The translations under genes and the position numbers were made by a program. A stretch of DNA of 64,000 bases from Paraspadella gotoi (lineage: Eukaryota; Animalia; Chaetognatha), in NCBI GenBank assembly GCA_051294375.1, contig CM119266.1:12005180-12069179 (forward strand). Direction: 5' to 3'. The notes beneath the pieces were generated by a model that searched no databases, had not been told where the DNA came from, and saw only the letters and a program-made list of their open reading frames with translations. Positions 62,381-64,000 of the stretch are shown one piece after another (position 1 is the first letter of the stretch; each line of letters begins with the position of its first letter).

Positions 62381-63887
62381 GAGAGAGAGAAGAGAGAGAG
62401 GACAGTGAGGAGAAAGACGAGAGAGAGAGAGATAGAAAGACCTATAATCCCCTCAAACCCCAACACCACACGACAAAGATCACAAATCGTCAAACCTGAA
62501 AAAATTGGGTTTGTCGTCCAACGGTTGATACCCGATCATGGTGGTTCCTTCTTCCATGAGACGCCCCTTGATGAGCGGCGCCACTGAGCCGAGTTTCCCT
62601 TTTGTTTGTAGACTCAACGACGACGAATCCAACAAAGAGACTTCGGGGTCATCGGCTTCGTCTCCGCCATTCTTCGCCGCCGTTTCCATGGTGACGGCGT
62701 CCCTCAACGAGGGCGGAACGAACCTGTTTTCAAACCGACTTCGGGTTATGGAACATGCAAGATTAGACCTTTTCAGTTTTTTTTTTTTTTTTTTATATTT
62801 TAACTGGTGATATTAAACGTAGCAAAAAAAGTTGATCAAACCGATCAAATCAATCAATCAATCACCAAAAGTTGACGTTGACCATCTGCGGATCGGAGGC
62901 GACGAGACGAAACCTCGGGAATCGATGGCCAAGTTCCTTCAAGGATTCCATCGCCAGTCGGAAGAGGTCGTCGATTTGACGCTCGAAGCCCGAGTCACCC
63001 TGTACGATGAGGATGTTTTTGTTAATTTTGACATCTACGCAGGTCTTGGAAAGCAATTTATAGCAAAGTGGAAAAAACCCCTGGTCTCATTGATACCGTG
63101 GCCGTTTGAATTATGACAAACAATTTTTATAACGTTTTTGTCACCGAGATTTTTATAAAACTGTGATGGAAAGAGTAAGAGAGAGAGAGAGAAAGAGAGA
63201 GACAGACAGACAGATGCTCTGTTTGCCAGATGAGTCGCTTTTTTTTGGGGGGGGAGCGAGAAAACTAAATCGAGCGAAAAAAGAATTTGACCTCCGGAAA
63301 TGGCGCGCGATTCCGAACCTCGTTGGGAGATCATGGAATCAAAGATGGAGGGAAAAGAAATAGCGGGGAAAAAAAGGGAGAGAGAAAAAGATTATGTAGG
63401 AAAAGAATGACGCTTTTAAGAAAGAATAATAGCAAGATGTTATAAAGGATCTAATATATACCATTGCTTTGGTCTCGGTTCAGAGAAAGGGTGAAATTTT
63501 ATATTTTTCAAGCGACAGTTTTCTTGAAAACCGAGAATACGTATTTGGAGTTAACGGCATCAATGTCTTGTTTTAACTACTTTAATCGATTTTAAACCTT
63601 TTTAAACCTTTTTAACCAATAATCTGCAGTCTTGATAGAAACCCTAGAAATCTGGGCAAATAACATTAAATTGAAACAATTTTTCGCTCCAAATTGACTC
63701 AAACTACGACAACGACAACAACAATAGCAACAACGACCTTTGATTTCCAAGTCAACCAGAGTTTAAAAACGTCGTTTCTCCTCCCGCACTGAATATGCTT
63801 GTCCCCCTTGTCGTAACTCGTGTCGTAGTGCTTGTCCTTTTGGAACAGGTAAGCGGCCCCTACGCCGTTGCAATCTTGCAGCACATT
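60108..63887 (-). CDS. GAD: Glutamate decarboxylase-family (group II PLP-dependent; GAD/CSAD clade, GAD-like) gene, last four exons 63887-63738, 62999-62866, 62723-62496, 60192-60108; 5' part outside the window
   Basis: [50 protein letters not shown]...[16 protein letters not shown]...[57 protein letters not shown] matches the GAD C-terminus. Phases consistent (0,2,2). GAD versus CSAD/ADC specificity cannot be fixed without the N-terminal part. Confidence 0.92.
60716..60808. repeat. (AAT)n microsatellite
   Basis: Perfect trinucleotide run in the last GAD intron. Confidence 0.97.
61226..61380. repeat. degenerate TTAGGG/TTAAGG-like hexamer repeat
   Basis: ttaggggtttagggttaaatattaaggattagggttaaggttaaagattagggttaagaatgagggttagg. 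Confidence 0.65.
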
Positions 63888-63939
63888 CTGCGCGCGGGGA
63901 AAGGAAAATGAAGAAAAGGAAAAAGGGAGAAAAGAAAAG

Positions 63940-63991
<52 letters not shown>

Positions 63992-64000
63992 AGAGAGAGA

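Overview
AT-rich, intron-containing eukaryotic (animal-like, species not identifiable) genomic DNA with three assembly gaps and many AG/CT microsatellites. Hand-splicing supports seven protein genes. (1) The 3' end of a PKA-regulatory-subunit-like cNMP-binding gene (+, 255-898), with a 1-nt frameshift in an A6 run. (2) An orphan, basic, Cys-containing proprotein-like gene (+, 19445-28078 or beyond). (3) A secreted two-domain thyroglobulin type-1 (thyropin-like) gene nested antisense in its intron 2 (-, 25556-24159). (4) A THEM6-like hot-dog-fold gene with a degenerate active-site motif (+, 28921-30200). (5) A 17-exon TENT4/PAPD5-7/Trf4-type non-canonical poly(A) polymerase of about 2450 aa (-, 44450-31920). 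(6) A type-I membrane protein whose single FN3 domain is interrupted by a mucin-like and an Arg-rich insert (+, 51853-58593). (7) The 3' exons of a glutamate-decarboxylase-family gene (-, 63887-60108). There are also tRNA-derived SINE copies and two foldback/MITE-like inverted repeats. The most intriguing spot is 28700-28975, where the orphan gene may fuse in frame to THEM6 or finish in a cystine-knot-like ...CGCLE* frame whose stop overlaps a THEM6 ATG. All gene models and homology calls come from manual reading and remembered family motifs; no searches were run.
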